A stretch of DNA of 56,004 bases, taken from assembly GCA_964590575.1 (NCBI GenBank), contig CAZPWM010000008.1, forward strand, positions 1 through 56,004, given 5' to 3'. Position numbers and translations under genes: made by a program. Numbering within the stretch: the stretch's first letter is position 1; each line of letters begins with the position of its first letter. This DNA comes from an uncultured archaeon. Its GTDB lineage: Archaea; Asgardarchaeota; Thorarchaeia; Thorarchaeales; Thorarchaeaceae. Of the stretch, positions 37,558 through 47,057 are shown piece after piece. The notes beneath the pieces are model-generated. The model ran no database searches. It saw only the letters and a program-made list of their open reading frames with translations, and was not told the DNA's origin.

Positions 37558-40394
37558 ATGAGTTTGCACCCCTCAGCGATGAGATATCTAATTTCCTCAG
37601 AGCCAATGGTATGGTCCAGTTCACTCCAATTCAGGATAAAGCAGTACCTCTTCTTTTCAGAAAGGACCAGAACGCACTTCTTCTAGCCCCGACGGGAAGT
37701 GGTAAGACTGAGGCTGCGTTATTGCCACTTCTTCATCGCCTACAAGAATTGAAGAAAACACAGGAGCTCTTCGGATTCTATATCCTGTACATCACCCCTT
37801 TGCGGGCATTGAATCGTGATGTGTTCAAGAGAATTGAAGAATTATGTATGCATTTGGACCTCAGTGTTGCTGTTCGTCATGGTGATACCACTCAATATGC
37901 AAGAAGAAAACAGGCAATCTACCCTCCAAACTTGCTCATCATTACACCAGAGTCACTTCAAGCCATATTACCAGGGAAGAGACTAAGGTATCATCTTAGA
38001 ACTGTTTTTGCAGTCATCGTTGACGAAGTGCATGACTTAGCAGACAGTAAGAGAGGAGTACAACTTAGTCTGGGTCTTGAGAGACTTGACAGACTTGTAG
38101 GGACTCCAGTACAGCGTATTGGATTATCAGCTACGGTTGGAAATCCTGGTGAAGTAGCATCCCTATTAGGTGGGACTAGAGCTGCGAAAACAGTCTGGGC
38201 AGGGTATGGTAAACGTAAGTTGGATCTTAGAGTGGAAGTACCAGAACCGACAGACAAACACCGAGCACTGGCAAAGAAAATATCATATCCACCACATTCT
38301 ACTGCTCGTTTGGACACTATCGTGGATCTCATTAAAAGTCATCAATCTGTACTTGTATTTACCAATACTCGATCCTTTTCAGAGGTTTTGGGAGCAAAGA
38401 TGCGAGTTGTTTCGCCCCCTTTCGAGTTTGATGTCCATCATGGGTCTTTGTCCAAAATAGCTAGACTCAGTGCAGAAGATAGACTCAAGACTGGAGTTTC
38501 GAAGGCGATAATTGCTACTTCTAGTTTAGAGCTTGGAATTGATATTGGGTTAGCGGACTTGGTGATTCAGTATTCGTCACCAAGAGAGGTTGCTAGACTA
38601 CTTCAACGGACCGGGAGGTCTGGTCATGGAGTCGGTAGGTCGTCTAAGGGCGTAATCATCGCAACTGTTAATCTAGATGATATCATCGAGTCAGGAGTTA
38701 TCCTCAAACGTGCTCGTCTGAACAAGGTAGAAGATGCAAGAATTCCCAAGAAGTCGTGGGATGTGCTTAGTCATCAAATAGCTGGTTTGCTTCTTGATGC
38801 AGACGAGGTTAGAAAGGAGGAACTTTTGAAACTCCTTAGTTCAGCTTACCCCTTTTCACAAATTATTCAGGAAGAATTGGATGCATTGTTAGCGTTCTTG
38901 AATGGTAGAAAAATATTGGAACTTGATGGTTTATTGGTGAAAAAGGGATCAAGAACCAGAATTTTCTACTATGACCATTTGAGTACTATTCCTGATGTGC
39001 GAAAAGTTAACGCGGTAGATATGACAACACGTACTTCAATAGGAGTACTCGATGAGGACTTTGTTTCTTCTAATGTTGAATCAGGCTCAGTATTTGTGAT
39101 AAGAGGTCGACCTTGGAATGTGGTCAGTATAGACGATGAAACAGGAGAAGTTCTGTGTGTGCCGGCTGGTGGGACTGATACCGAAGCGCCTCGTTGGGTC
39201 GGTGAGATGATACCAGTCCCATTTGAAGTTGCATCTGAAGTCGCGAAAGTTTGGAATTCTGTATTGGATAAGGATTCAAAGACAGTGAGTAAATGGTTGA
39301 CAAGAGAATACGGAATATCTCGTGATTCACATGAGCATGTACTTAAAGTTTTGAGAGATAGCAAAGATGTTCTTGAGAAACTTCCTACAGAAAATCTCTT
39401 TGTCGTTGAAGATTTTGGATCGGGAATAGTACTGCACGCTCCATTAGGGACCAGGGCTAATGAAACCCTGGGAATTGTGATTGGATCACTCTTAACGACA
39501 CGTTTTGGGGTAGAGGTGGCAGTAGAAAGAGATCCCTATCGTATTCTTTTCACAGCAGGTAAGAGGATCAGTCCTAGCTGGATAATAGATGTGCTCCAGG
39601 AATATTCTGGCGAGCAGGTATCGGTCATTCTTCGACTAGCAATGAAACATACACAGAATTTTGCATCAAGGTTCATTCATGTTGCCAGGAGAATGGATGT
39701 TGTGAAGAGGGATGTAAAACAGAAGGAGGTCCCTGTGAAGTATCTCATTAAGGCATTAGAAGGGTCTCCTGTCTTCGAGGAAGCAATGAGAGAGGTCTTA
39801 GATGACAAGATGGATGAGAATATGGTTATGAAAATCTTTGACAGGTACTCCGAGGGAAAACTCAAAGTTCATGTTGTAACTACTGAGAATCCATCTCCTC
39901 TTGCACGACTTATAGTCGAAGAGAAGACACGTTTTGAAGTCATGGGAGAGATTACCGAAGAAGATGAAGTACTTCGAATGATGGAGGAACGGTTACTCTC
40001 AAAGAAGTTCAGATTGATTTGTATGGCAGCTGATCACTGGAATTCAGTTAGAACTTTATCAACACTTGAGGATGATGTTAGATGTCCTATTTGTGAATCG
40101 AGGATGATAGCAGCGATAGCACCCACGAAAAAGGACTTCCCAAAAATAGTTGCAAAAAGAGTTCGTGGCGAAACACTCACAAGAAGTGAAGAAAAGGACC
40201 ATAGAGCAGCCTCTCTAGTGGCTGAACTTGTGTCACGCTATGGAAAGACTGCTTTGCTGGTCCTGGCAGGAAGAGGAATTGGGGCGACAGCGGCTTCTAG
40301 GATTCTCAAACCAGGATTGAAGGATCGACTTGAGATTCTCAGGGCTATAGCTAAAGGAGAGTTGCAATATGAAAGAACCCGACCATTCTGGTAA
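37554..40394 (+). CDS. lhr: Lhr-like SF2 ATP-dependent helicase
   Basis: 'APTGSGKT', 'PLRALNRD', 'DEVH', 'SAT', 'HHGSLS', 'LELGIDIG', 'QRTGRSGH'; C-terminal Cys motif. Confidence 0.93.
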   Translation: MNEFAPLSDEISNFLRANGMVQFTPIQDKAVPLLFRKDQNALLLAPTGSGKTEAALLPLLHRLQELKKTQELFGFYILYITPLRALNRDVFKRIEELCMHLDLSVAVRHGDTTQYARRKQAIYPPNLLIITPESLQAILPGKRLRYHLRTVFAVIVDEVHDLADSKRGVQLSLGLERLDRLVGTPVQRIGLSATVGNPGEVASLLGGTRAAKTVWAGYGKRKLDLRVEVPEPTDKHRALAKKISYPPHSTARLDTIVDLIKSHQSVLVFTNTRSFSEVLGAKMRVVSPPFEFDVHHGSLSKIARLSAEDRLKTGVSKAIIATSSLELGIDIGLADLVIQYSSPREVARLLQRTGRSGHGVGRSSKGVIIATVNLDDIIESGVILKRARLNKVEDARIPKKSWDVLSHQIAGLLLDADEVRKEELLKLLSSAYPFSQIIQEELDALLAFLNGRKILELDGLLVKKGSRTRIFYYDHLSTIPDVRKVNAVDMTTRTSIGVLDEDFVSSNVESGSVFVIRGRPWNVVSIDDETGEVLCVPAGGTDTEAPRWVGEMIPVPFEVASEVAKVWNSVLDKDSKTVSKWLTREYGISRDSHEHVLKVLRDSKDVLEKLPTENLFVVEDFGSGIVLHAPLGTRANETLGIVIGSLLTTRFGVEVAVERDPYRILFTAGKRISPSWIIDVLQEYSGEQVSVILRLAMKHTQNFASRFIHVARRMDVVKRDVKQKEVPVKYLIKALEGSPVFEEAMREVLDDKMDENMVMKIFDRYSEGKLKVHVVTTENPSPLARLIVEEKTRFEVMGEITEEDEVLRMMEERLLSKKFRLICMAADHWNSVRTLSTLEDDVRCPICESRMIAAIAPTKKDFPKIVAKRVRGETLTRSEEKDHRAASLVAELVSRYGKTALLVLAGRGIGATAASRILKPGLKDRLEILRAIAKGELQYERTRPFW

Positions 40395-40995
40395 GTCAAA
40401 GAAACCAATGATTGTGTTCGCTGGTAGAAGCAATGTTGGTAAGAGTAGTATAATCCGGGCTCTCACTGGTAAGAAAGTACGAATAGGTAAGAAACCAGGT
40501 AGCACCCGTTGGGAGATGATGATTGATTTTGGTCCAATAACGATTGTAGACATACCAGGGTTTGGATACATGGCAGGACAAAGTAAGACCACAATAGAAG
40601 AAACAAAGACTAACATCGTTCAAAAATTGGAATCTTGGAAGGACGACATAATATTAGCAGTTCTGATTATTGACATATCTCTTTTCAAAGAACTGCATGA
40701 AAGATGGTCAGCTCGTGGAGAGATTCCTATTGATGTCGAATTCTATAGTTTCCTTTCCGATATTTATCCCAATGTAGTTGTGGTAGCTAATAAAATTGAC
40801 AAGGCAAAGAAACGTGTTCTTCAGGGCGAGATTGATTTCTTACAGACTGAACTCAAAAAAGCAGATCCAACGAAAACCCCTGTTATAGTGCTCACCTCAG
40901 CTCAGAAAAAACAAGGACTGACTGCTCTAGTTTCTGTAGTAGATGACTTGTTAATGGAGCGGGGTTTGGAGAAACCCCGATGGGCAATTATTTGA
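40369..40995 (+). CDS. engB: GTP-binding protein EngB/YihA
   Basis: G1 'GRSNVGKSS', 'PGST', G3 'DIPGFG', G4 'NKID'. Confidence 0.92.
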   Translation: MKEPDHSGKSKKPMIVFAGRSNVGKSSIIRALTGKKVRIGKKPGSTRWEMMIDFGPITIVDIPGFGYMAGQSKTTIEETKTNIVQKLESWKDDIILAVLIIDISLFKELHERWSARGEIPIDVEFYSFLSDIYPNVVVVANKIDKAKKRVLQGEIDFLQTELKKADPTKTPVIVLTSAQKKQGLTALVSVVDDLLMERGLEKPRWAII

Positions 40996-42082
40996 TTTTC
41001 TTGAGCAAATAGAATGCTACACCTACAACCATGATCGCAGATGAAATGATTAACATTGGAACTATTGCACTTGGAGCTTCAATAAACTCATGAGATAACC
41101 AATTCATGATGTTCATGAAAAGACGTGCATTATCACCCGCGTAGAACCATCGTAAGTCAGTATCTGGATGGTCAAGAACTCGGCCTGTGAACATGAGCGT
41201 GGATCCTATCATGACTATCCTGCTTTCATCATACTCGAAAGCGGACATCCACGATGGAAAAGTCCCATTGATAGCAGAATAAGATAGTGGATCCTGCTCA
41301 AAATCGGAAAGCGTCATGTTCGGATAAGAGTAGTTTGCCCAAGCAACGGGTCCAGCTTTGAACTGTGCAAAAGTTGTGTCATACCCTGAAGCGATTCCAC
41401 TTATGAGTTCGACTGGCTTCAGGGTTGCGGTCATAGTAAAGAGTTCGTTGATGTTCCGGAATATTGGGTGATTTGCTTTCCAGGTTGTTGAATCAAGTTT
41501 TATAATATATGGATATGATATATTAAACGCAGAGTTGTCATAGTCAAACATTGTGTCTGAATAGAGGTCGTTCATAGTAGTTTCATTTACACTGAATCGA
41601 ACCCCAGTCACATTGATGCTATCAAGAAGGTCGTTAATTGCATAATTCTCACCCATATCTTGCATAGCAGTAGTAGCCCAATATTGAGAACTCTGTTCAA
41701 TGGTAGGGTCACCCAACAGGAATAATGAACTGCCGTTAGCTAGCATCTCTGCAATTCCATCAGTTTCTGCACTTGAAAATGGTGAACTTGCATCAGGACT
41801 GGCTATTATAAGAATATCAACATCGTTGAGGACTGTTTCCGTCATCTCATCAGTGTTGATTTTTACAATGTATCTTGTTGATGCATTGACCATGTCAATC
41901 ATGAGTTTCAAGCCTGTTTCTTCATTAAGAGCGTCATGTTGGGGACTATGGCTTGCGTCATAGAGTACTAGAATGGGATCCAAATCAGTCTGAGCTCTAA
42001 CACCAGTCTGAAGACTAGATAAAAGAACCATTACGGCGACTAGTACTGCAAGTACTCTAGGGACGTTACCGAGCTGACTCAT
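40988..42082 (-). CDS. Type I membrane protein with DUF4350/GldG/WBP1(DDOST)-like extracellular domain
   Basis: Signal peptide; 'LYDASH', 'DILIIASP', 'GSSLFLLGD', 'SRIVMIGS..MF', 'N.RLFMNIMNWL'; C-terminal TM ending KKIK. Confidence 0.65.
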   Translation of the reverse strand: MSQLGNVPRVLAVLVAVMVLLSSLQTGVRAQTDLDPILVLYDASHSPQHDALNEETGLKLMIDMVNASTRYIVKINTDEMTETVLNDVDILIIASPDASSPFSSAETDGIAEMLANGSSLFLLGDPTIEQSSQYWATTAMQDMGENYAINDLLDSINVTGVRFSVNETTMNDLYSDTMFDYDNSAFNISYPYIIKLDSTTWKANHPIFRNINELFTMTATLKPVELISGIASGYDTTFAQFKAGPVAWANYSYPNMTLSDFEQDPLSYSAINGTFPSWMSAFEYDESRIVMIGSTLMFTGRVLDHPDTDLRWFYAGDNARLFMNIMNWLSHEFIEAPSAIVPMLIISSAIMVVGVAFYLLKKIK

Positions 42083-42162
42083 TTTGATATTCCGACCTTT
42101 TGCTCAGTCAGCGTGTTTGACTCTAGACCGTGTTTTAAAGGTATCCTCATATGCGACCATTA

Positions 42163-42549
42163 TCAATCAGTCCTCCGCCATTCGACATATAGCTTTCTTC
42201 GTTCTGCATCGGTGGACTCCTGAGTTTGATATTCATGACGGATTTCAGCGATTCTTTGCGCTAGAAGATGATAGCACATATTGGTTTCTCGTGAAATTAC
42301 TACCTCTTGATAGAAGCTTCTGCAGGTACAATATAGTTGAGGAATGATAAGGTATTGACGACCCCTGCCCTTTGCAATCCACGTCACTGATTCACTTGGC
42401 CTGAACTGAAATCTGATGATCTTACCTTCCTCCACCGTTCTTAACGCTTTAACAAACTTTTTTCCGTATTTGTGTTTGAAGTATTCAATATCATCTTGTG
42501 TGAGGTTATCCTTTGATAATTTCTTTACTTCAAACTGTGGAATGGACAT
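42163..42549 (-). CDS. SWIM zinc-finger protein (SWS1/ZSWIM7-like)
   Basis: 'YCTCRSFY...MCYHLLA' (CxCx15CxH); start taken at ATG 42549. Confidence 0.85.
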   Translation of the reverse strand: MSIPQFEVKKLSKDNLTQDDIEYFKHKYGKKFVKALRTVEEGKIIRFQFRPSESVTWIAKGRGRQYLIIPQLYCTCRSFYQEVVISRETNMCYHLLAQRIAEIRHEYQTQESTDAERRKLYVEWRRTD

Positions 42550-42613
42550 AATACTCACTCTGATTTCTGGTATAACGAGGTTAAAATGTTGTACTTTCAA
42601 TGTTAAACTTGTG

Positions 42614-43462
42614 ATGGAAACGATATTTGACGATAGAAGCATAATTATCACATATGACAATACATCAGTCCTTCTAATATCGGACATTCATCTTGGATTT
42701 GAAGAGGAACTATCCGAGAATAAAGGGGTGCGGTTTCCTCCTCAACATCCAATCATCTTTGAAAGAATTAAGAATCTAGTAGAGAAACATAGTATATCAC
42801 ATCTTTTCATCATTGGAGATGTGAAACATACTATTCTTACTGATAGCTACTTCAATTGGGAGATTGTCCCAGAGTTTATGGAAACGCTTACTGAACTTGT
42901 AGAAACAACAGTGATTCCAGGTAATCACGATGGTGATTTGAAAGCATTACTTCCTCGGAATGTCAATATCACTGATGTCCATGGAATACTGATTGGGCCA
43001 GAGAAAGAAAAGATTGGTATTTTGCATGGCCATTCCTGGCCTTCTGCTGATGTTTTAAATGCAAAAATTATCGTTATCGGGCACAATCATCCAACGATTC
43101 GCAGATTTAGAGATGCCTCAGTACCGGAAATAGGGCGCTCCGGAAGACGAAGGTATGTGGGAACAGTTCCTGTCGTCTTGAAATCAAAACTGGATAAGAA
43201 TTGTGTCAGGCGTGCAATGGGATTGCTTGAGATCCCTGATGATGATTCGGTATTGTTTACTCTTCCAAGCTTCAATAATCTTCTCTCAGGCGTATCTATC
43301 AACTATCCAAAGTCTGAATTTCAAGGCCCATTCTTTGAGAATAAATGTGCTAATCTTCTAGATTCGGAGGTGTTCAGTATAGATGGAATATTCCTTGGTT
43401 CTGTAAAGTGGCTTCGAGAACGGTTCAACGAAATGATTAAATCCAATCCAACCGGGGACTGA
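42614..43462 (+). CDS. Calcineurin-like metallophosphoesterase
   Basis: 'SDIHLG', 'GDVKH', 'GNHD', 'HGH', 'GHNHP', 'LPSFN'. Confidence 0.92.
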   Translation: METIFDDRSIIITYDNTSVLLISDIHLGFEEELSENKGVRFPPQHPIIFERIKNLVEKHSISHLFIIGDVKHTILTDSYFNWEIVPEFMETLTELVETTVIPGNHDGDLKALLPRNVNITDVHGILIGPEKEKIGILHGHSWPSADVLNAKIIVIGHNHPTIRRFRDASVPEIGRSGRRRYVGTVPVVLKSKLDKNCVRRAMGLLEIPDDDSVLFTLPSFNNLLSGVSINYPKSEFQGPFFENKCANLLDSEVFSIDGIFLGSVKWLRERFNEMIKSNPTGD

Positions 43463-43473
43463 TTCGAACTCAT

Positions 43474-43550
43474 GGGTCGGTGGTCTAGCTTGGTATGATT
43501 CTTGGTTCGGATCCAAGGGATCGCGAGTTCAAATCTCGTCCGGCCCACCA
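43474..43550 (+). tRNA. tRNA-Pro (anticodon CGG), CCA encoded, no intron
   Basis: Acceptor stem GGGTCGG/CCGGCCC, anticodon arm CTTGG-TTCGGAT-CCAAG, T loop GTTCAAATC, 3' ACCA. Confidence 0.96.
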
Positions 43551-43583
43551 TTCCTTATTCTAATCCTTGTCGTATCTGGTTTC

Positions 43584-44186
43584 TCAAGAACTTCCATCAC
43601 GAACAACTCGAAGGGTAGGATACAGAGTAACAAGTAGGACAAACACGCCTCCGAGTGGATAGATGATGCTTCCACTAAGATATAGAGAGAGAATTTGTAT
43701 AATGAGAGTTAATTGTAGAGTAATGAGTAAAAGGGCTGAAGACTTTCTTTGTTTTCTCGGAACTGTAGTCTTTCTTTCAATTAGAGTGAGCAAGCCAACA
43801 AGAACTACTACCACTAGAAGAAGTAATAGTCCAATGCTTAAGCCGGAGAAATAATGTTGCGCATGGATAAAATGGGATTGGTCTTCCTGTAGAGCAAACT
43901 GTAGTAAGGGAATTCCCTCTGGCCAACCGAAAGTTACTGCATAACTGAAAAGATGTGCATCATAGTCACGATATTGTTGAATACAGAATGGGTATGCAGC
44001 TGGTGGATAAACTCGTATAGCTTCGTTCCCGCTCAATGAGATGTCTATAATAGGTGGCAGACTAGCTAGCACTGCAACTATGAAAGATGTGATAAGTCCG
44101 ACAGAAAGTAGGACTACTATCTTCTCTGTGCCTGTTTCGCCAGCCAATAACCACGCGATAACAACAATGGCAATTACAAGGAACAA
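43584..44186 (-). CDS. Hypothetical multi-pass membrane protein
   Basis: 200-aa ORF with about 5 hydrophobic helices; start uncertain. Confidence 0.65.
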   Translation of the reverse strand: MFLVIAIVVIAWLLAGETGTEKIVVLLSVGLITSFIVAVLASLPPIIDISLSGNEAIRVYPPAAYPFCIQQYRDYDAHLFSYAVTFGWPEGIPLLQFALQEDQSHFIHAQHYFSGLSIGLLLLLVVVVLVGLLTLIERKTTVPRKQRKSSALLLITLQLTLIIQILSLYLSGSIIYPLGGVFVLLVTLYPTLRVVRDGSS

Positions 44187-44300
44187 ACGAATACGCTCCT
44201 CTGTGTCCTACTGGTTCAATATTGTACTTTCTGAACATATCCCTTTCGACTAGTGTCAAATCGTCGTTTTGTAATCTCTAAATCATCTCTTCATAGTAAG

Positions 44301-44336
44301 AATGGAATTCAAGTTCAAATCTAGTCAAGCTTATCA
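44301..44336 (+). repeat. Decayed copy of the tRNA-Pro 3' half (att-like)
   Basis: AGTTCAAATCTAGTC versus tRNA AGTTCAAATCTCGTC (14/15); 25/36 ungapped against 43515-43550. Confidence 0.6.
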
Positions 44337-44822
44337 TCACTGTTTCTTCATGGATAAGGCGTAGAGAATTATAGCAGCAGTACCTGAAGGGCCAATGTCG
44401 ACTCTAGCATCTAGACTACGACATTCCCCAAGATCCATCTCCTTTTTTGAAAATGAGCTGTTGCTTCCAGAGAGCACAATGGCTATTCGTTCTCCTAATT
44501 TTGCCCTTTCAGAAAGCTGGTCCAAATCTAGACGCTCTTTTGTGAGCACTGGAGATGTGATAAGCAATGGTTTTTCGATGTTAAGGACTTCCAAGACATC
44601 CTTGAGATCTGGTAAGACAATGAAGTTCTGTTTCATCCTCATGGCTAAGCGGTTTGCATCAGGGACACCGGCTTGTGCTGCAGAACCCTCCGCTTTGGAA
44701 ACTACAAAATTCGAAAAACCGAGTCCATATACAACTTGAGCTGTTTCAGCCGTTTTTGATGCTGAGTGGACATTATGTAATACCACGTAGATGTTCTTGA
44801 GGAAATCAGACAATGTTTGCAC
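44337..44822 (-). CDS. DUF2122-type SPOUT-fold protein (often annotated RecB-family nuclease)
   Basis: 'VVLHNVHS', 'SKAEGSAAQAGVP', 'VLPDLKD'; overlaps the methyltransferase gene. Confidence 0.75.
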   Translation of the reverse strand: MQTLSDFLKNIYVVLHNVHSASKTAETAQVVYGLGFSNFVVSKAEGSAAQAGVPDANRLAMRMKQNFIVLPDLKDVLEVLNIEKPLLITSPVLTKERLDLDQLSERAKLGERIAIVLSGSNSSFSKKEMDLGECRSLDARVDIGPSGTAAIILYALSMKKQ

Positions 44823-45783
44823 AAACCTCCTGTGCGATTAGCTGAGATACTAAGGGGGGAACACTCTCACCCACTTGATTGTATTGGCTGTCAGAAAAGC
44901 CAGCGAAGATAAAGGAGTCTGGATAACTCATCAATCGCGCATGTTCTCGCACAGTCAATAGTCTATTCTCGTAAGGATGTATATATCGCGAAAGACCGTT
45001 GATTGATGTTGATAGGCGATCAGGGAATAAACGAACCCAGTTTGGGAGACTTCTGTTCTTTGAAACACGGAATCTTCTGACACCCTGACCCCATCGGGTC
45101 TTTGAGATGGCCTTCATTTTATCTTCAGAAACTGGATAGTCTACATGGTTTGGAACATCCATCTCTGGACTGAAAATCTGATGAAGTCCAAGACTAGGAA
45201 GATCACCAATTGCTTCCATGACTGTGGGAGGTGCTTTTCTTGGTGGTTTTAGTTTGATGTTGCTTAAGAAAACACGAAGACGTTTGGAGGGATTACCATG
45301 TTGATGTGCTCGTATCAGATTGGTATGCACATCGTCAATACCAACACGTTCGAACTCTTTCTGGATAATTTCCTTACCCCCAGCGTTTAGGAGTGCAGCT
45401 ACATTCTCAATAACAAAGACTTGTGGTGTGAGGTCGCCTATGATTCGAATAGCATCCAACAACAATTTTGCAGTCCCTTCACCGTAGATTCTCTCAGCTG
45501 CTGACCTTTTGCTATCAGGATTTGCCTTGCTGAACTCCTCACATGGTGGTGATGCAATAATGACATCTGGAGTTTCATTCAGAGTCCCCTCAATTTGATT
45601 AGAGTGAAGACTGTGAATATCAGTCTGCCAAATAATAGAATCAGGAAAGTTGAGTTTGTATGTTTCTAGAGCTGAAGAGTCAATGTCTATGGCGAGATGT
45701 GTGTCATCAATGTGATCTTTGAATCCATAGGAGAAACCTCCTGCGCCACAGAACAAATCAAGAATCTTCATGTACTTCTTCAC
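44806..45783 (-). CDS. DNA (cytosine-5)-methyltransferase
   Basis: Motif I 'DLFCGAGG', motif IV 'SPPC', 'ENV', 'R.R.F', 'LTVREHARL', 'QVGESVPP'. Confidence 0.93.
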   Translation of the reverse strand: MKKYMKILDLFCGAGGFSYGFKDHIDDTHLAIDIDSSALETYKLNFPDSIIWQTDIHSLHSNQIEGTLNETPDVIIASPPCEEFSKANPDSKRSAAERIYGEGTAKLLLDAIRIIGDLTPQVFVIENVAALLNAGGKEIIQKEFERVGIDDVHTNLIRAHQHGNPSKRLRVFLSNIKLKPPRKAPPTVMEAIGDLPSLGLHQIFSPEMDVPNHVDYPVSEDKMKAISKTRWGQGVRRFRVSKNRSLPNWVRLFPDRLSTSINGLSRYIHPYENRLLTVREHARLMSYPDSFIFAGFSDSQYNQVGESVPPLVSQLIAQEVCANIV

Positions 45784-45863
45784 AATCCGTCTGATTTGTC
45801 TTGCACATACCTCTGATTATAACAATTCAGTAATAGTCAATCCTTATTCCAAAATGCTCAAGT

Positions 45864-47057
45864 TTGTTTTCCACTTCTTTCAGGATATCATCATGTAACT
45901 CATCACTAATTCCATTGCCCTTCCATTGCCCTTCCTTGCCCTTCCATTTGAATCAGATTCGACGAGGAGAAGTAAAGGCAGTACAGATTTTCACTGATCG
46001 ATTTAGAAAATGGTGGGTGACTATTGCTGTTAGGGTCGTGATTGATGACACTCAAGAAGACAAACTTCCTGCTGCGATTCTTGGAATTGACCTTGGTATT
46101 GAGAAGGCTGCTTGCTCGACACTTCTCACTCCTGAGAAGACAAGGGAAACACGCTACTTTGTCCAGAGGGAGAAGGTTGCAGTCATCAAGAAATATGATA
46201 GACTTGTCGCTGATCTTCAGAGTGTGATGAACACTCGGAGGAATAATGGACTATCATATGATAGAGTTGCCAGGAAACTCCGTCGGATGCGTTCCAAAAG
46301 GGAGAATGTGGCAAAGGAGTATGACCGTGTTCTCGTACATCAGCTTCTTGACTACATCTCCAAACTTTCCAAGAAGTACACACTCTATGTAGCCATCGGT
46401 CGCCTGAAAAATATACGAATGCGTGCGAAGAGAGGAAACTACAAGGGGCGGAGGTTCAGAGGGATGATACATTCTTGGGCCTTTGCCCGGATAACCAATA
46501 GTCTGAAACATGGACTCGCTCAGCTTGGTTGTAAGGTTGAAGGAAAGGACACTCGGTTCCGAGCTGTTCCTGAATCTTGGACTTCCATTGTGTGTTGGAA
46601 GTGTGGAAGCAAGGGTAGACGACCCAAACAGAACTATTTCCATTGTCCATCGTGCGGACACAAGACCAATGCTGACAGAAATGGTAGTATCAATATTGCA
46701 GCACGCATGCTCATGCTCACAAAGTCACTGCACTCTGTGAGAGGACTAGGTATGTGGACTAGGGCGGTTGTTCGAGGAACAACCAAACGACGTGCATCAC
46801 CGAAAGCTCGAAAGAAGAAACCTTCTCAAGGGAAGTCCTTACTCTCCAAGAAGGAACAGACATCAGGTTCCGGAGAGTCCGCGGCTGTTCACTTTGTCCA
46901 ATCGGACCTTGTTAGTTTCAGTGATGAACCTAATGAGAGTGATGATGACCCCGCCGTGGTAAGAACTGTGGAAACTCTCGCTGTGGTTGGAAGTGATGCT
47001 CCAGCATCAACACAGGAGAAGGAAGCCAGGTCTTCAGGAGGGATCCCATCCCGATGA
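45864..47057 (+). pseudogene. tnpB: 5'-truncated TnpB-family RNA-guided nuclease with rearranged RuvC site
   Basis: RuvC-I 'LGIDLG', RuvC-II 'VAIGRL' (E replaced by G), 'VPESWTS', CxxC..CxxC, RuvC-III 'NADRNGSINIA'. Only about 45 plausible residues precede RuvC-I. Confidence 0.85.
45910..45948 (+). repeat. Short tandem repeat at the tnpB truncation point
   Basis: TTCCATTGCCC TTCCATTGCCC TTCCTTGCCC TTCCATT. Confidence 0.85.

Noticed and set aside
29367-40394. Inteins in PolD DP2 or Lhr
   Set aside because: Lengths and motif spacing are normal; no insertion is seen at the catalytic motifs.
42416-42687. Overlapping N-termini of the SWIM and phosphoesterase ORFs
   Set aside because: Realistic starts (42549 minus, 42614 plus) remove the overlap and leave a divergent promoter gap.
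43321-43551. 76-aa minus-strand ORF
   Set aside because: Antisense shadow of tRNA-Pro and the phosphoesterase end.
44806-45783. Restriction-modification system
   Set aside because: No cognate restriction endonuclease is adjacent. The overlapping DUF2122 gene looks SPOUT-like, so this is treated as an orphan methyltransferase.
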